From: the human T2T-CHM13v2.0 reference genome, Homo sapiens
NCBI RefSeq assembly: GCF_009914755.1
Contig: NC_060925.1
DNA: 64,000 nt
Reading direction: 5' to 3' (one strand)
In this document: positions 29,472 to 45,469 of the stretch, piece after piece
Position numbering within the stretch: position 1 is the stretch's first letter
Layout: each line of letters starts with the position of its first letter
Translations under genes and position numbers: made by a program
The notes under the pieces: model-generated
Databases searched by the model: none
What the model saw: only the letters and a program-made list of their open reading frames with translations
Told to the model about the DNA's origin: nothing

Positions 29472-32363
29472 CCCAGAGCTGTTAGCAAACAGCAAACCTA
29501 ACTTGACTTTCATTCCCTTCTCCATGCCATCTGTGGGCACTATTTGTCAGAGAGTAAGAGAATTACTGTCAAAAGACAGAGAGCAAAGTGAAGATGAGGA
29601 AGTCAGAGGCCTACCTAGCTCATAAAAAGGATGGTGAGAACTGGTACACCAAATGACAGAGGGGGCTCTGGAAGCATTTGCACGACCCATCCCCTGTGCC
29701 TGAGGCTCCGGGTAGAAGAGAAGTTACTTTGTGTCAGATCCTGAAATAGGCTACTGTCAATTATCCCATGTGTTGGACCCTTTGTGGGCGATTTGTGGGA
29801 AAACTGGGGGCACAAACTGGCTTCTTGCACACTATCAGGATGCACCCACCCCAGCCCCAAGTCCCCAAATTAGGTACTACATGATCTGAGAAAACAAAGT
29901 AATTTTAAGGACAATTTGAACACAACTGATTTAAAAGGCTAATATGGTGGTGGGAAAACATCCCATGGGACAATGCCAAAGAGCAATTATCTGGGAATTT
30001 TCTGAGATTTTAGATTATCCACATTTCCATTCCATCTCCAAAGTGAATTCTAAACAAGCCTAAGTCAGCAAGACTCTTACGACTCTTAATGGTAACTGAG
30101 GTGCTGTACTGAAAACCCAGCTGGTCTCCTGGAAACAAGCTGCTGAGAGTACATCCAAGAAGAAATGTCAAGCCAGGAGAACAATCCAGCCACATGGCAG
30201 CATACTTTCTAGGATCTAGATTTGATCCCTGTAGCCAAAACTGCAGTTTATAGACTTAAAATAACAAGGCCTAGAGAATTATCATGTGCTTCCATCATAA
30301 ACACACTAATATAAAGTTTGACTTGTCCTAAGCAGACCACCAAACCACAGTGGGCCAGGGGCATGATGACATGGCAAGTGGGAAGGTTTGAACATATCTG
30401 CCATGGCATTTGAGATGATAGACTTATAAAGCCATGTCTTTCAGGAGACATTAAGCGTGGTCTACTAGCAGGATTCCTACATCGAGGACTAACGTGTGTG
30501 TGTGTATGTGTCAAATTTTTATGAATCAAGCCACAAGTTACTCCTATTTATTTCACCGACAAAAACAATTAATATCTGGTCCCCTCAGCTAAGAAGAAAC
30601 AGAGTAAATGTGTGTGTATCTCCTCATGAGTGTCTGTAAGTATGTATGTGTGTGTACCAAAACTCTTATCAGCAAAGAAATGCATCATTGAGGCAGGTTA
30701 AATGAAGTGGAGCATTTTATTCCTGGAAAATAAACCTAAGTCTCACTACATCACTCTGATTTATCCCTCTTCAGGTTTCATGAGCATCGAATGCAGGCAC
30801 CTACATGCCAGGTACGGAGCATTCTGTTAGGTATGATTTTCCTACTAAATAATACCAGCACATCACCTACAAATGTTCCAGTAGTAATAAAAACAAAACA
30901 TTTTGATTCAACCAAATCACATAACTTAAGTTTTTAAGAGAAAAATTGCAAAAATAGGTGTCAAAATATTCAATTGCCTTCAAAATATTACTTATGAGTT
31001 TATTAGGTTAAAAAAGCAACTGGCCTTTCTATATGGTAACAAGATGGTACTTAATCATGAGTGAACCTACTGCCATGAAATAGCTACTGCACTGAGAAAT
31101 CTTCAAATTAGAAACTAGAAATCTGGCAATCATGAATCTGTAAGAAAAGGGAGACTTCAGGTGGCTGAAACACTGGTTGAGAGACTTTGCATCTGCTGCA
31201 GTCTTAAAACCAAAAGGCAGGCTGAAATTGATTTATTGAGCTATCAGACAGTTTTAAAAAATAGGATGCGCTGGTATTAACAGTACTGTGCTCTGAACTC
31301 CATAAATGTGAGTGTCTAAATGTGCCAGGATTTTAAATACCCTCAGAGGACACAGCCCTTGAGAGAGCAGCCACATAATGCTTTTTATTTCCTCCTATAA
31401 TGCTCATTTAACAACAAAAATTTTGTCACACCAAAAATAATATGTCTCAGTTTAACTCTCCCCTGGACTCCACTCTCATCTCTTTGCTACATCTCAGAAA
31501 ACCACAAGGAGCAGAGGTCTCCAGCAGAGCTGAAAAATCAACCACAGAGCCAGGTAGCACTGCATCATGAAAAAGCTTGTGGCCTCTTGGTTATCTTGAG
31601 TGTGAGCTATGAACGAGGGATGTGAAAGAGGTGCTATGTCACCCCCTTATCCCAAACCTCTGGGACTAACATGCCATCTTTTTTATATCCTGATGAGCTG
31701 GACCTCTTCAGGGGTACGGTTGTTCCAGAAATCCTGAGCCATCTCCTTTCCTGGGTCCCCCATGTTATGCAAACAATACATGCATATGATATGGCTGAGG
31801 CGAGTGCTAAAATCTGTGATCACACAACTGTTTAAATGACCCATATAGAAATGTTACTTAGGACCCTGGCTTCATTAATGTTATGTTCCAAATGAATTAA
31901 CCGGTCACAGACTTAATCAACCACAGATGCAAAGATGTGCTAAAGTCCGCTTTAACAATCTTGAAGTGCCAGAATTCAGTCAAATCTAAGAAAGTTTATA
32001 TATAAAGCAGATGAATGTAGCCATAGACCACCTCATTGGTATGACTGACATTTGTTATGTGAAAACTTGAAAAGATTCTGATGATACTAGTTGCCAAACT
32101 GTCTTCTTCTGCCTAACTAATATCAGAAAGGGTTAATTATTAAAGGTATGAAATTGATTCAAATGCTTTCCTAAACAAAGTGTTTTTTCTCTCCTTCTCC
32201 TACCCCGATACACTCCAGAATAACACAGTGCTTTGCTCTATACAAATTAAAGTTAGAATCTTGAGGTTTGTAAAGTGATTGCCTTGACAACCTTAAATGC
32301 TCTGTAACAAGAGCCACAATAAAGACAAAAAAGGCATAAATGTATTTGTACAAGTCAGAATTA

Positions 32364-32537
<174 letters not shown>

Positions 32538-33012
32538 TCATTTGAGGGGCTATGGAAGCAAAGACTTGGGAATGAATAGGTACAAATATTAATTCATTTT
32601 TTAAATGGTCTTATTAATACTTCAAGTGCTGGGTTATCACACCATAAATTTTTTTTCTTGCTGGAATAAAAACTTTCACAGTGACTATTCAGTGAGGGGT
32701 TTCTCCTGTTCAACTAATTTTCCAAGTGCTGATCTCTTAACTTGTAAAGTGGTTAGGAAATAGGTTGAGAACCCCACCAGATGTTATGGAAGAAACTTAG
32801 GTACAAAGACCTAAAGACTTACCTTAGACCACATAATGGACAGTAAAGAGTAGGGGACAAGATAGGCCCTGCCAACCATGGCCAGCAGTCCATGCCAACT
32901 CAAATTTCAAACCTCATCCATTGCTAAAGGATCCCAGGGTCAAAATCCAGTTTAGGAATCCACCAATTTGACTCACATGACCAATCACACATGGGCCAGA
33001 AACTATATTTCT

Positions 33013-33274
33013 TTTTCTTTTTTAGACTCCCAGGCTGGAGTACAATGGTGCAATCTTGGCTCACTGCATCCTCTGCCTCCTGAGTGCAAGTGATTCTCCC
33101 GCCTCAGCCTCCCGAGGTAGCTGGAATTATAGGTACCCACCACCATGCCCGGGTAATTTTTGTATTTTTAGTAGAGGCGGCCAGGGTGCTCTCGAACTCT
33201 CAACCTCCAGTGATCCACCCACCTTGGCCTCCCACAAGTGCTGGGATTACAGGCATAAGCCACTGCATCCGGCC
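33013..33274 (-). mobile_element. AluS with two internal deletions
   Basis: Perfect 16-bp TSD cagaaactatatttct (32997-33012, 33275-33290). Confidence 0.93.
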
Positions 33275-34759
33275 CAGAAACTATATTTCTACATCCCTCT
33301 CCTTAAAATAAAAATCTAAAAGATCCAATACAATGGTAAATGACAAGGCATTGAAGAAGGAAAGGAACACCACAATAATTCCCCCATACAAAGCTCTCCA
33401 GAAAAGGAGGATTCCAAGCAGGTTTGGGCTTCGATCACATTAGTGCCATAGGAAGCTCAGTGAATGTGTTTCAATATCAATCCTTGTTCCTGAGCTAGAG
33501 TGGAGGAAAAACGAGTTCTTCCTAAGCACTGTCTTCATCCACAGAAGGAGGTAGGCAGGGCTATTCTGACTGGCTTCTCAGAGAGGATACCCACTCAGGT
33601 ATCAACAGTCAAATATCTGTACAGTCACTCACTGGCTTCCCAAAAATAATTAAGGAAAATAAATAAACATCTTCTAGCCATAGAAGACATCACAGCAAGA
33701 AGCACCAATTTATTCTATGATACAAAATTAAATGAGACACAAAGCAATCCAATGTTCTTTTCTTCCTAGTTCTTATATTCCAGTTCCTACAACAGCATCT
33801 AGCAGAACTGAATAACTATTTGTTGAATTTTGCATAACTGGAATAATACTTAGCATACTATTTTATAACCATTTGCAAATCAAAATAAAGTAGCTATTTC
33901 CCCACGCTAAGTAATAGTTTCCTATGTAGCCAGCACTGTGCTCAGCATTTTACATATATTATTTTGTGAGATAGAGAGCAGAAAACTCACTGAATCTTGG
34001 AGACGAAAATAGATCCTCAAGAGGTCACCTGGCTTTCTCTGTCCACAATCACATCAAACTCTGTACTAAACACCAGGGACAGACAGACAACTCTGATTAA
34101 CATTAGGCTTAGTTAGCCAATCTAGCTTGACAACAGCTACTTTACAGATTTGGCTACACCACCTATTCACATGTCAGTAGTAATAACCCTGAAATGTACA
34201 AACAGGCAGCAAGTAGACCCAACGGAAATGTGTTCTCCTTAAATCTTGATTATCTATGTATTCCTCTATAGTTAATTTTAACCTTCTTTCCATTCTCTTT
34301 GCATAATTTTTAGCTGCCAGTTTCTATGTGTTCTGCAAATACCAACAGATTATAATGTCACCTTAAGAAGTGTTTTGAAAGAAAATTCTACCATATAAAA
34401 ATCACAAATAGCATTTCAAAGTCAAGAATATGACCTTTGAATTGTTCACTGTTTTTGGAAGTATGTATTACTATTCCTCCTAGTCTTTTCCTCAGAATCT
34501 GCAGGATTTTAAACCATTTTCAATTAAGCAACAGAAAACTCAAAGTAAAGTGTCACAGCAATTAAGCTTATATCCTCACAGCTCTCAATTGTACCCTATC
34601 TGTTAAGGCAAAAACACACAAATCAAAAAAAACCTTTTTTTTTTTGCTCTAAAAAAATTTCAGCATTTTTTCAGATGATAAACCAGAAAATACTGCTAAT
34701 TACTCCCCACTTAACAGGTGAATTTATTTAAACTGTGTCTCTGTTGCCCAGGCTGGAGT

Positions 34760-34866
34760 ACATCGTGAGTCAGTTCTTGTCATCTGATTTATTACTAATT
34801 TGACAGATGTATTACTAATTTGATCAATTAGTAATAAATCAGATGACAGGAACCCACTCATGATGT
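34760..34866. repeat. Inverted repeat with 41-bp arms and 25-bp spacer
   Basis: 34760-34800 versus reverse complement of 34826-34866: 37/41 matches. Confidence 0.92.
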
Positions 34867-35129
34867 CTACTCCTAGAATCTCCAGAACCCTCCCCTCCCA
34901 GCTGCAGCCCTGCAGCCCATCACTGCACTGCACCGGCTGGGCCCGATGCCTGGGAACTTGCTCATTCTTCATGTTTCATTTGACTACAGGGGTGGATGAC
35001 ACTAAGCCACCTCTCCAAGATCATGAAAACCATTTTATTAGTCATACTGGGAGGCCTTTTTCATTTGTCCACAGTTCAAACTTATCACGAATGAACTCTC
35101 CCCTCTTAACAGGTCCATTTGTTTAAAGT

Positions 35130-35392
35130 GTGTCTCTCTGTCACCCAGGCTGCACGATCTCGGCTCACTGCAACCTCCACATCCTGGATTCAAGGGATTC
35201 CCCTGCCTCAGCCTCCTGGGTAGCTGGGACTAGAGGTGCATGCCACCACACCTGGCTAATTTTTGTATTTTTGGTAGAGATGGTGTTTCACTATGTTGGC
35301 CAGGCTGGTCTCAAACCCCTGACCTCAGGTGATTCTCCTGCCTCAGCCTCCCAAAGTGCTGGGATTACAGGCATGAGCCACTGCACCTGGCC
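35130..35392 (-). mobile_element. AluS lacking its poly-A tail
   Basis: Reverse Alu with no T-run; small deletion after ccaggctg. Confidence 0.9.
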
Positions 35393-35883
35393 ATGTTCCC
35401 TGATTAAACACATACTACTCTGACCATTCCTTTGCAGTATCTAAATATATATCTTGTAACAAAAATTCATACAATCAGGACATACTGCCTTAGAGTTCAT
35501 CTTGAGCTAAATATGGGGGCTTTTTGAGGGAAATGACCTCCTTTTTCGTGATCTGGTGCTTCTCTGTGGAAGAACATCTTTCAGTGTAACACTCTGGACC
35601 TTTTTCCTAGGTTGGTTGGTAATCTGGGAGACGAGAGCTGGATATGTGTAGCTTGGCCCCTTCTCTGCTTTGCTCCCCTACCCTATAAAGGGGGGAAGGC
35701 AAAAGGCAGGAAGGATGGCTGGTAGGAGGAGAAGCCTGCAGTTCTCCAGTACTACCTGTGACTTGCAGGTAACTCTGTCTGATTCTAGGGTTCACTTTTA
35801 GAAAGTCACTTGCCTACAGGTATAAACTACATCCCCCAGCATCAGCTTTATTAGTCATAAAAGTAGTATCTTATCCTCTATTG

Positions 35884-36211
35884 CAGTAGTCCCCAACCTT
35901 TTTGGCACCAGGGACAGGTTTCATGGAAGACAATTTTTCCATGGACTGGGGGTGGGGATGATTTCAGGATTAAACTGCTCCACCTCAGATCATCAGGCAT
36001 TAGATTCTCATAAGGAGCAGGCAACCTCACGTATACAGTTCACAATAGGGTTCACGCTTCTGTGAGAATCTAATGCCACCGCTGATCTGACAGGAGGTGG
36101 AGCTCAGGTAGTAATGCTCGCTCAGCTGCCGCTCACCTCCTGCTATGTGGCCCAGTTCCTAACAGGCCATGGACTGGTAGCAGTCTGTGGCCTGGGAGCT
36201 AGGGACCCCTG
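35884..36211 (+). mobile_element. MER1B-like hAT-Charlie element
   Basis: cagtagtccccaacctttttggcaccagg ... agggacccctg; 8-bp TSD ctctattg / ctatattg. Confidence 0.9.
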
Positions 36212-37669
36212 CTATATTGGCCTGATTCCTTTATCTCTCTCGATTGGTTCTGATCATGGACAGGGAAGTTAAGTGTTATGTACTGGCTGCCTCAAAGCTT
36301 AACAGCTAACGACTGTTTCTTTAAATAGATCATAATACACTCCAAGGGCAAGAGACCTGATCTACTTTCTCTGTCTTACCACCGGGCACCCCTACTTCCT
36401 GGCATTCAATGTAGTATTATGCACAGGGTCATGTGAAGCCATTGCATCGCTCCACTCCAGGGAGTGCTGCACAGCAGCCTTGGTGGGTTAGGTGCTCTAG
36501 GAATGCTAAATTTAAAAAAATAAATCCTACATCCAGTGTTTTCAGTCCCAAACTATCACTACCCAAACAGTCTAAGAAAGTGAGTAGAATGGGCTTAAAT
36601 TTTCGTTTCTGGAATTCTTTCAGAAGAGAACATAAGTCCCTCCTAGGTGGTACAGACCAGTATTTCAACCTTTTCCACTTAAGAGCAAAGGATTTTTATT
36701 TAATGAAATATAACTTAAAGATTCAATATATGAAACAGTTGCTTCAGGTGAACGTGAACCATCTGGAACCTGAAGCTCCACCCAAGCCAGTTTCCCTTCT
36801 ACCCTCCGAGGATATTCAGGTATCCTTTGGCTCCATTCAGACACTGACTTTCCTGCAGACAGAGCTTGGGGCAAGTAGCCTACAAGGGTCTCTCCTAGAA
36901 CCCAAATTCTGCAGCAGGATCCATTCCATCAAGATGCTAGAGAGGCAATAAATGCAAATATTCATATACATACACAGAAAATCAGGAAGAAGTTAAATTT
37001 CTGCCTCCTTACCCAAGTGCCTACTATGGAAAAACTGAGAAAAGTAAGCATTTGATGTCCTACTGCAAAAAGGACAACGGGTCAATGTTAAATCCTTTAT
37101 TGAAGAAAGATCTATGTACACACCCAGGAACAACATAGCACTTGATAACCCTACTGATGGCAGAGGCTGCTGCTGCTGGGAGGGAGGCTTTTTCCAGGAT
37201 GAGGATGTCCAATGGGAGGGCAGTTCCAGGTCAGCCTTTTTAGATCACTCTGATTTTCATCCCTTATGTAGCTCCCTTAGGTCATGTAGTAATGAACCTG
37301 ACAACCTAACCTGGCTTTGAGGTTCCTCAGCCTTGGCAGCCAGATAACAAAACAGCAAGGCTCAGATGTACGAGAGAATTTTTGGCCTCCATCAATCTTT
37401 TTTCTACCCTGGGCTTCCTCCCAAGTACTCTCTGTAATCAGGCATCTGGGCATCCAGACCATATTCGACAGCAATGGAACAGACCAAGCCACTGTGATTG
37501 GCTTTTGGGAAGGGTTGACCTCTAACAGGTCCAGAAACTAGACTTGAGGATGGTAGCCTACCCCAGGAAACAGAACAATTGGTCTGGGGTCAACTTTATG
37601 GAGATGAATGACAAGTACAGAGAGGATGAGACAGCACCAGAGGGATGTAATGGCCACTGGCCATTAGAA

Positions 37670-37800
37670 CATCTGACACTTAGTCCCAAGCCCTGAGTTT
37701 GAGCCCTTTATCTTCAGTTATTCGGAGCCTTGGCCGCATCAGTTTAACTTCTCTCACCATCAGCCTCTTCATTTGTAAAATGGGGATAACAGAGTTACTT
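37670..37800 (+). mobile_element. MIR
   Basis: cttcatttgtaaaatggggataac core. Confidence 0.65.
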
Positions 37801-37802
37801 AA

Positions 37803-38170
<368 letters not shown>

Positions 38171-38359
38171 CCAAAACTATCACTTTCCTTTCTTCCTTCC
38201 TTTTAAATTTCTCACCTGTAAGATGGAAATGCCCAACCTCATTTCACATGGCTGTTTGAATGACTTAAAAACAGGAAGTATTCAAACTGTTTAACAAAAC
38301 CCTGAAACTGCCTCTGCCTGTTTTTAGGGAAGAGGGCCAGTCTCAAATATAACAAGGGC

Positions 38360-39400
38360 AAAACTAGAAAAATCAACACTTAACCCTCAACATAATTAAA
38401 ATTGCATTGATGAGTATAAAACAAGACCTAAATAAATGGAGAGTTGAATTGTTTGTAGGTAAGATTCCATTTTATAAGACGTCAAACCGCTCCCTCTAAT
38501 ATATATATCTAATGTAATTTCAATCAGTCTCAGCTGTTTTTGCATTTGTTTTTCCTCTAACTCTGATGAATTAAAATTTAATTCAAACAGAAAAATTAAG
38601 GTGTAAGCATGGCCAATAAATCTTTGAAATTATTAGAAAGGAATATAATAACAGGGACTACCTACTATAGTAATTAAGAGTCACTGGCACAGGCCTCAAA
38701 AGAAAAACAATAAAAATAATATCATTCATTGAGTACTTACAAAGGGGTCAGACCCTGAAACATTGTGGTTTACTTCTCACAATGACTCTATAATGTAGAA
38801 TAGCTACTATTATTCCCATTTCAAATGTGGGGAACCCAAGTAGGCAAGTATCCTAATCGAACTCACATAGCTAATAAATTACAAGAGGGTTCCTAGAGAA
38901 GAAGACAGAAACAATCCCACATATGTGTGAGACCTTAGCATATAAAGAAAAGGGCATTTCAAATCAGAAAGGAAAAACTGGATTATTTAATAAATAGTAA
39001 TGGGACAGCTGAATAAGCAATGTGGAAAATAAGTTAGATTATTGCTTCACATAATATATAAAAATAAATTCCAAATGGTTTAATATTCTAAATATTTTAG
39101 CACAACTATAAAGTTACCAAAAGGAAAAAAAGGAAACGTATTTTTATTATTTAGGTAAGGAGAAGAACTTCCTAAGCATTATATAAAACTCAGAACCATA
39201 AAGGAAAACGCTGACATAAAACTTGTTCACTTCTAAATGGTTTTTAAAAAAAAAGTTTAAAAAGTTAAAAGAAAAAATGTTTAAATAGAGAAAAATGTTT
39301 TTCAATATGTCTATGATTTACAATCAATATTCATTACATATAAGCAGCTCCTATCACTGAATAAATAAAAGATAACCCATTCAGCAAATAAGCAAAATAT
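38360..39400 (+). mobile_element. Ancient L1ME-like ORF2 fragments with a MIR (~38720-38880)
   Basis: gacctaaataaatggaga; ggattatttaataaatagtaatgggacagct. Confidence 0.6.
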
Positions 39401-39799
39401 GATTGCTTTGCCTGTTAGATTTGGCTCTACAACTAGACTGTAACCTCCTCAAAGGCAGAGTCAGTTTCTTACATCTATATCTCTGTGACCCACCGGGTCT
39501 GGCATAGTGCTGAGCCTACAGTAGGTAATCAATATGTACCTGGCCAGCAGCTTCTCCTTGCTAGCACAGCAGAAATGCTGTCAGATGCCTTTCCCTGGGC
39601 TTCTCTGACTGGGAAACTAACCCAGAGCTCCCAGATTCCAGGCCGCCAGCCACACCACAAATTGTGGAGTCACATGCTGGGGAGTGTTGTCTAGAGGATG
39701 TACTGACTGCTTTTATTCAGGGTTAATACTTCTTGATTTTCTTGTTTGAAAAATTGAAAAATTAATTGAGTAGCACAGGAGTGAACACAGGAATATTTA

Positions 39800-40297
<498 letters not shown>

Positions 40298-40419
40298 TCA
40301 TTCCAAACCATACCATGAAGCCTTCTGCTAATTACTCTCAACTCCCCAAAAGATAGGACAAATATTAATGCTTATCAATAGAAGATCCTTTCTACAAAGT
40401 TGTCCTTACAAACCCTACA

Positions 40420-41100
40420 GAATGAGACTGGGAAAAAAAGAACTAAAACAATGTATTAAAAGCTTGTAAAAATGAGTGGGAAAATGCCTATAATTAAATA
40501 GGATATATAGGCAAAGAATCTGAACAATTAACATTTAAAAGGGTAATTTTAAATGGATAATAAATAGGAAAAAAACACTTCAATCTCACTAGCATTAAAA
40601 AGCTCATTAAACAAAAACAATTGTGGGCAATTTGACAATTTAAAAGTTATACTATTCAATGCTGGTGAGGCATAATGAGTTAGACACTCACATTCTGTAT
40701 GAGGACTTGGAAATGAGTTCAGTTCTTCTGGAAAGCTATTTGGCAAAATGTCTCAGAAACCTTAGTTCACATTCCTTGACACAGCAACTCTCAACTTCTA
40801 GGAAATATTTCATAATGTCAACAAAATATATTTGTATAACAATTTTTACCTCAGCATTCTTTTTAATAATGAAAATTGAGCCTCATAAATATCTAATAAT
40901 AGAGGAAACATTAATAAAATTCTTTCTAAATGATATTTATGAGGAATTTTAATAATGGGGATATTTTTGTGACAAAGACTAAATAAACATATGATTTTTA
41001 AATTGTATACAAGTCGAAATCTCCATTATGTAAAATGTACACAGACAAAAACAAAAAGGAAACACATCAAAGAGTTAATAGTATAATAGTACTTCTCTGA
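40420..41100 (+). mobile_element. L1ME-like 3' fragments
   Basis: ttctggaaagctatttggcaaaat...ccttgacacagcaactc. Confidence 0.55.
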
Positions 41101-41844
41101 GTCTGTTGGGTGTTTTTTTTTCTTTATATTTTTTGCATGCATTCATCATGGTAAAAATGCATTAATTTAAAAATCAGATAAAAAATATACTTCAAGATAG
41201 TGATATTTCACTTTTTAAAATCTCAACAAGAACTTTTCCCTCATAGAACTCTATATTGCTTTAAAATGCTGAATGTTTTACTCTATTGAACAGCGAAGTT
41301 TGAAAGTAGAAGCAAACTCTACCTCCACAGATGTGAAAAGAAACATGAACCCTCCTTCCTCCCCTCCGCCCCATTTCCGTTCCCAGTGGACTCCTCTCCT
41401 CCTGCTCACTCCCTGGCTCTGACGCCCTCACTTTGCATCACATGTTGTTTCTCTCCTGTTTCTTGGTAAATATCAGGTTCCTTTCAAAATCACTCAGCAA
41501 ACATTCACCTCCTCACTCCTCAATGTCAGCTCCCAGCCAGACACTAGCAAGTTTTACTTCAGGTTAAATGATGAGTTCCTGACTGGAACGCAGGGCTTCC
41601 TACTTCCTGGGCTCTGCCTGGGGCTCCCAAACTAAGGGAGGAGCCCATCACTGGACACCACTGACAAAGGCCCTGCGCTCCATCTCCTCCATAGCCCCCT
41701 GGACACCTGTCAGTTTGAATGCCTCTTCCCCTGACCAGGCCACTATCATTTTGTTGTCAGAGGGATTCCTAACAGCCCCTCTACCTCCTGCTCACTAAGC
41801 TCTATTCCATCTCCACGCTCTAGCTGGAGCCATATTTCTTTTCA

Positions 41845-41968
41845 TTTCTTTTTTAGAAGGATTTTGCTATGTTTCTCAGGTCAGATTCAAACTCCTGGGC
41901 TCAAACGATCCTCCTCCCTCAGCCTCCAAGTAGCTGGGATTACGGGCGTGAGCCACTACCTCTGGGCT
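41845..41968 (-). mobile_element. FLAM/Alu monomer within L2 remnants
   Basis: aactcctgggctcaaacgatcctcctccctcagcc. Confidence 0.8.
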
Positions 41969-42169
41969 TAGAGCCCTCTTTCTAAAATGAAATCTGATGA
42001 CATACTTACCCTGCTTAAAATCCCTCAACACCCCTCACCTCCACCGCCTTCTCCACCACTACCGCTTTTAAGACAGATTCTAAACTATTTAACTTGGCCG
42101 TGTGACTGGCCCTTCCTAGTCTCTCCAACCTCATATTACTTCTCATGTATTTATACACACACACACATT

Positions 42170-42757
<588 letters not shown>

Positions 42758-45294
42758 TTGTGTCTCTTGAACTCTCAATGCTCTCTCTCCGCTGCAGCCC
42801 TTTTCATATGCATTCAGCCTGGGATACTCTTGGCCCTGATCTTTGTCTAACTCCCCTCTATCCTTCCAGTTTCTGCATGGCACTTATGCCTGTTAGGAAG
42901 ATTTCCTTCCCTGACCCCCTAGGTTGGAGTCATGAGCCACCTATGTGGTGTCACCATCAAAGCCCTTATGGCTCTGTTCCGTGGATGCTGCCCGTTCCCC
43001 TACAGATGCTGTAAGAGCAGACACTGTGTCTATCTCTTCATACTTGCATCCCTAGCAGCAAGCCTACTGTTTGCCATAGGGTAGTGGGTCAATAAAAAGC
43101 TATTGGAAAGACAAAAAAACCATACACACACACACACAGAATCCAGTGCAACTGTATAATTTCCAGGCTTAACAAATAAGTTCAAGTTTCTTAATTCCTC
43201 AAGAGAGGGTGGGATTTGGAGGTAGTAAGCAGGTCCTAGGAAGAAAACAACATTATCTGCATCATTTCCTTAGTTTCATGGCTCATGTTGTATGTACAAA
43301 TTTAGCCTTGTCCAGAGCCCCCACTGGCCCACTAGTCATCTTTGTGTGAATTAGAAAGAGAAACTCCTTCCTCAGCACAGATGCAATTCCAGACCATGGT
43401 CCATGGAGGACTCAGCAAGCAAATCACAAGCTGGTTTCCACTTCCCCCTAAGCAGGGTATAGCCTGCACGACTTCATGTGGTAGCCCTGCCTTGTACTCA
43501 CAATAAAACTGAGAATGGCCGTGGAGCAAACACTGGAAACTAATCCTGGTGCTACATGACCTCAGATGAGGAATTAACTTTCAGCTGTGCCTATTTCACA
43601 GAGATTAGAGATTCACATTTTAAAATACAGTCATGCCTTACACAAAGCTTATTTTCTAAAGGTAAAAGCTAGAGTAAAAATTGTATATGACCATAATTAC
43701 TCTTGAAAATGCTTTAGTATCACCCATAAAGTAGAACCTGATGCCCAGGTTGACATGTCACTTTGGAGACTCTCAATAAGCCTACCACAACCTTCAGGGA
43801 GGGAAGAAATGCTGATTCTTTGGTAGCCCATCATTTGATCTAGTTGGTTTACCTGGGTAGTTCATGTCTACCTAAAGTACAGATCTTCAAATATCAGAAT
43901 CAATCACTTTCAGCATAGTAAGATCCTCATAATACAGGATCTTCAGCCCCAGAGACAGCTAGGAAAAGGCAGATTGCCCTCTCGCATCTCAAACTCACTC
44001 TGGGGCATATGTTCACTGAAACCAATGGCAAGTGAATTATTAGTGCTGCCAACGTGGAAAACTTTTAACTTATTCCATTAGTTTATGACACATGTGCAGA
44101 CCATGTCTTTCCCATGAGAAAGCCACGGTTGGTATGCTTCTGGTACGAGCTGTTGCTTTGAGTTGAGTTGTGTTCCCCTATAGTGGAAAGACTGGCATAC
44201 AGCCCTTCACAGTCTTTCCCTTCGTTCCTCTCCTAGCTAATAGTGGGGTGGGAACTAGATCTGCTGGCAGAGGGAGTGAACTGGAGCAAGGCAACAAATC
44301 CAGTGTGAAAGCTTTGGTAACAACCCTCTTGGGCTTGTGGATGGCCAGTGCAAATCTCTCAGACCAGTATCGGCACAGACCACCAAGCGAACAGTAATCT
44401 CAGTCACCTACTCCAATACCGCAGACCTGAAAAAAAATCCCAGCCCCTCCCAGATAAAAACAACGCATGCCCTTTACTTTCCAGGGCAAAACATATCACT
44501 CAAACCTGAATGCCACCAAATTAAACGGTTATCCTCATGTGCCATAAGGACCACCCCGGAGTTGTTCAATTGAATCAATTTCCTACCAGTCAATCCTACG
44601 TATAAAGAACAGGACTTCTTACAAAACTAGTGTTTTTAAAAAACAGAAACAAACCACTATTAACACCCATGCAGCCTTGCTAGGCCCATATGCCCTACTT
44701 TCCATACTTCTAATACAGCTAATCTCCAACAGGAAACCTCCTAAGGGAAGAGCAAGTTTTATACTTCTGTATGGCTACTGACCTAAAACCTCATTAACAT
44801 ACTTTGTGGAAGTAATTGTAGCCAAAAACAAATACAAATTAACAATGCATTGTTGTTAATACTGGGGACAAACTTTTATTTAGAAACGCTTAATTAGGCA
44901 CCCACTGTGTTACTTGTGCTAAGTGCTGTGGAAGATAGATACAAAGATGAACTGGACAGAATTTCTGTCTCATCTTCTCCCTCCCTTGTTAAAAAGTCTA
45001 CAAGGGCCTTAAGCTAGCAACTCACCATATGTAAACCAATAGGAAAAAACACTAAGTCTCAGCAACAACAATATAGATGAAGAAGGCTTAATTAGTTAGT
45101 GACAAGAACCTCATCAAATGTTCCTGTGAGAAACAGTGTAAGTGATCAATCTATATCATCCATCCCAACATACACAAGGGCTTCAAGTAACAGCATTTAG
45201 CTGGTGGGAGAGAAGAAAAACCAAGACAGCAACAGAGGAAGAGGAGATATTTTACTATTTCAAACACATAAAGGTATGGTTCAGAATGGTCTCA

Positions 45295-45438
<144 letters not shown>

Positions 45439-45469
45439 TTAAGAAGTATTCATTATTCTACAAGCATAT

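Noticed and set aside
36433-36951. 172-codon plus-strand ORF in mostly unique sequence
   Set aside because: Non-ATG start, no recognisable domain, antisense intronic
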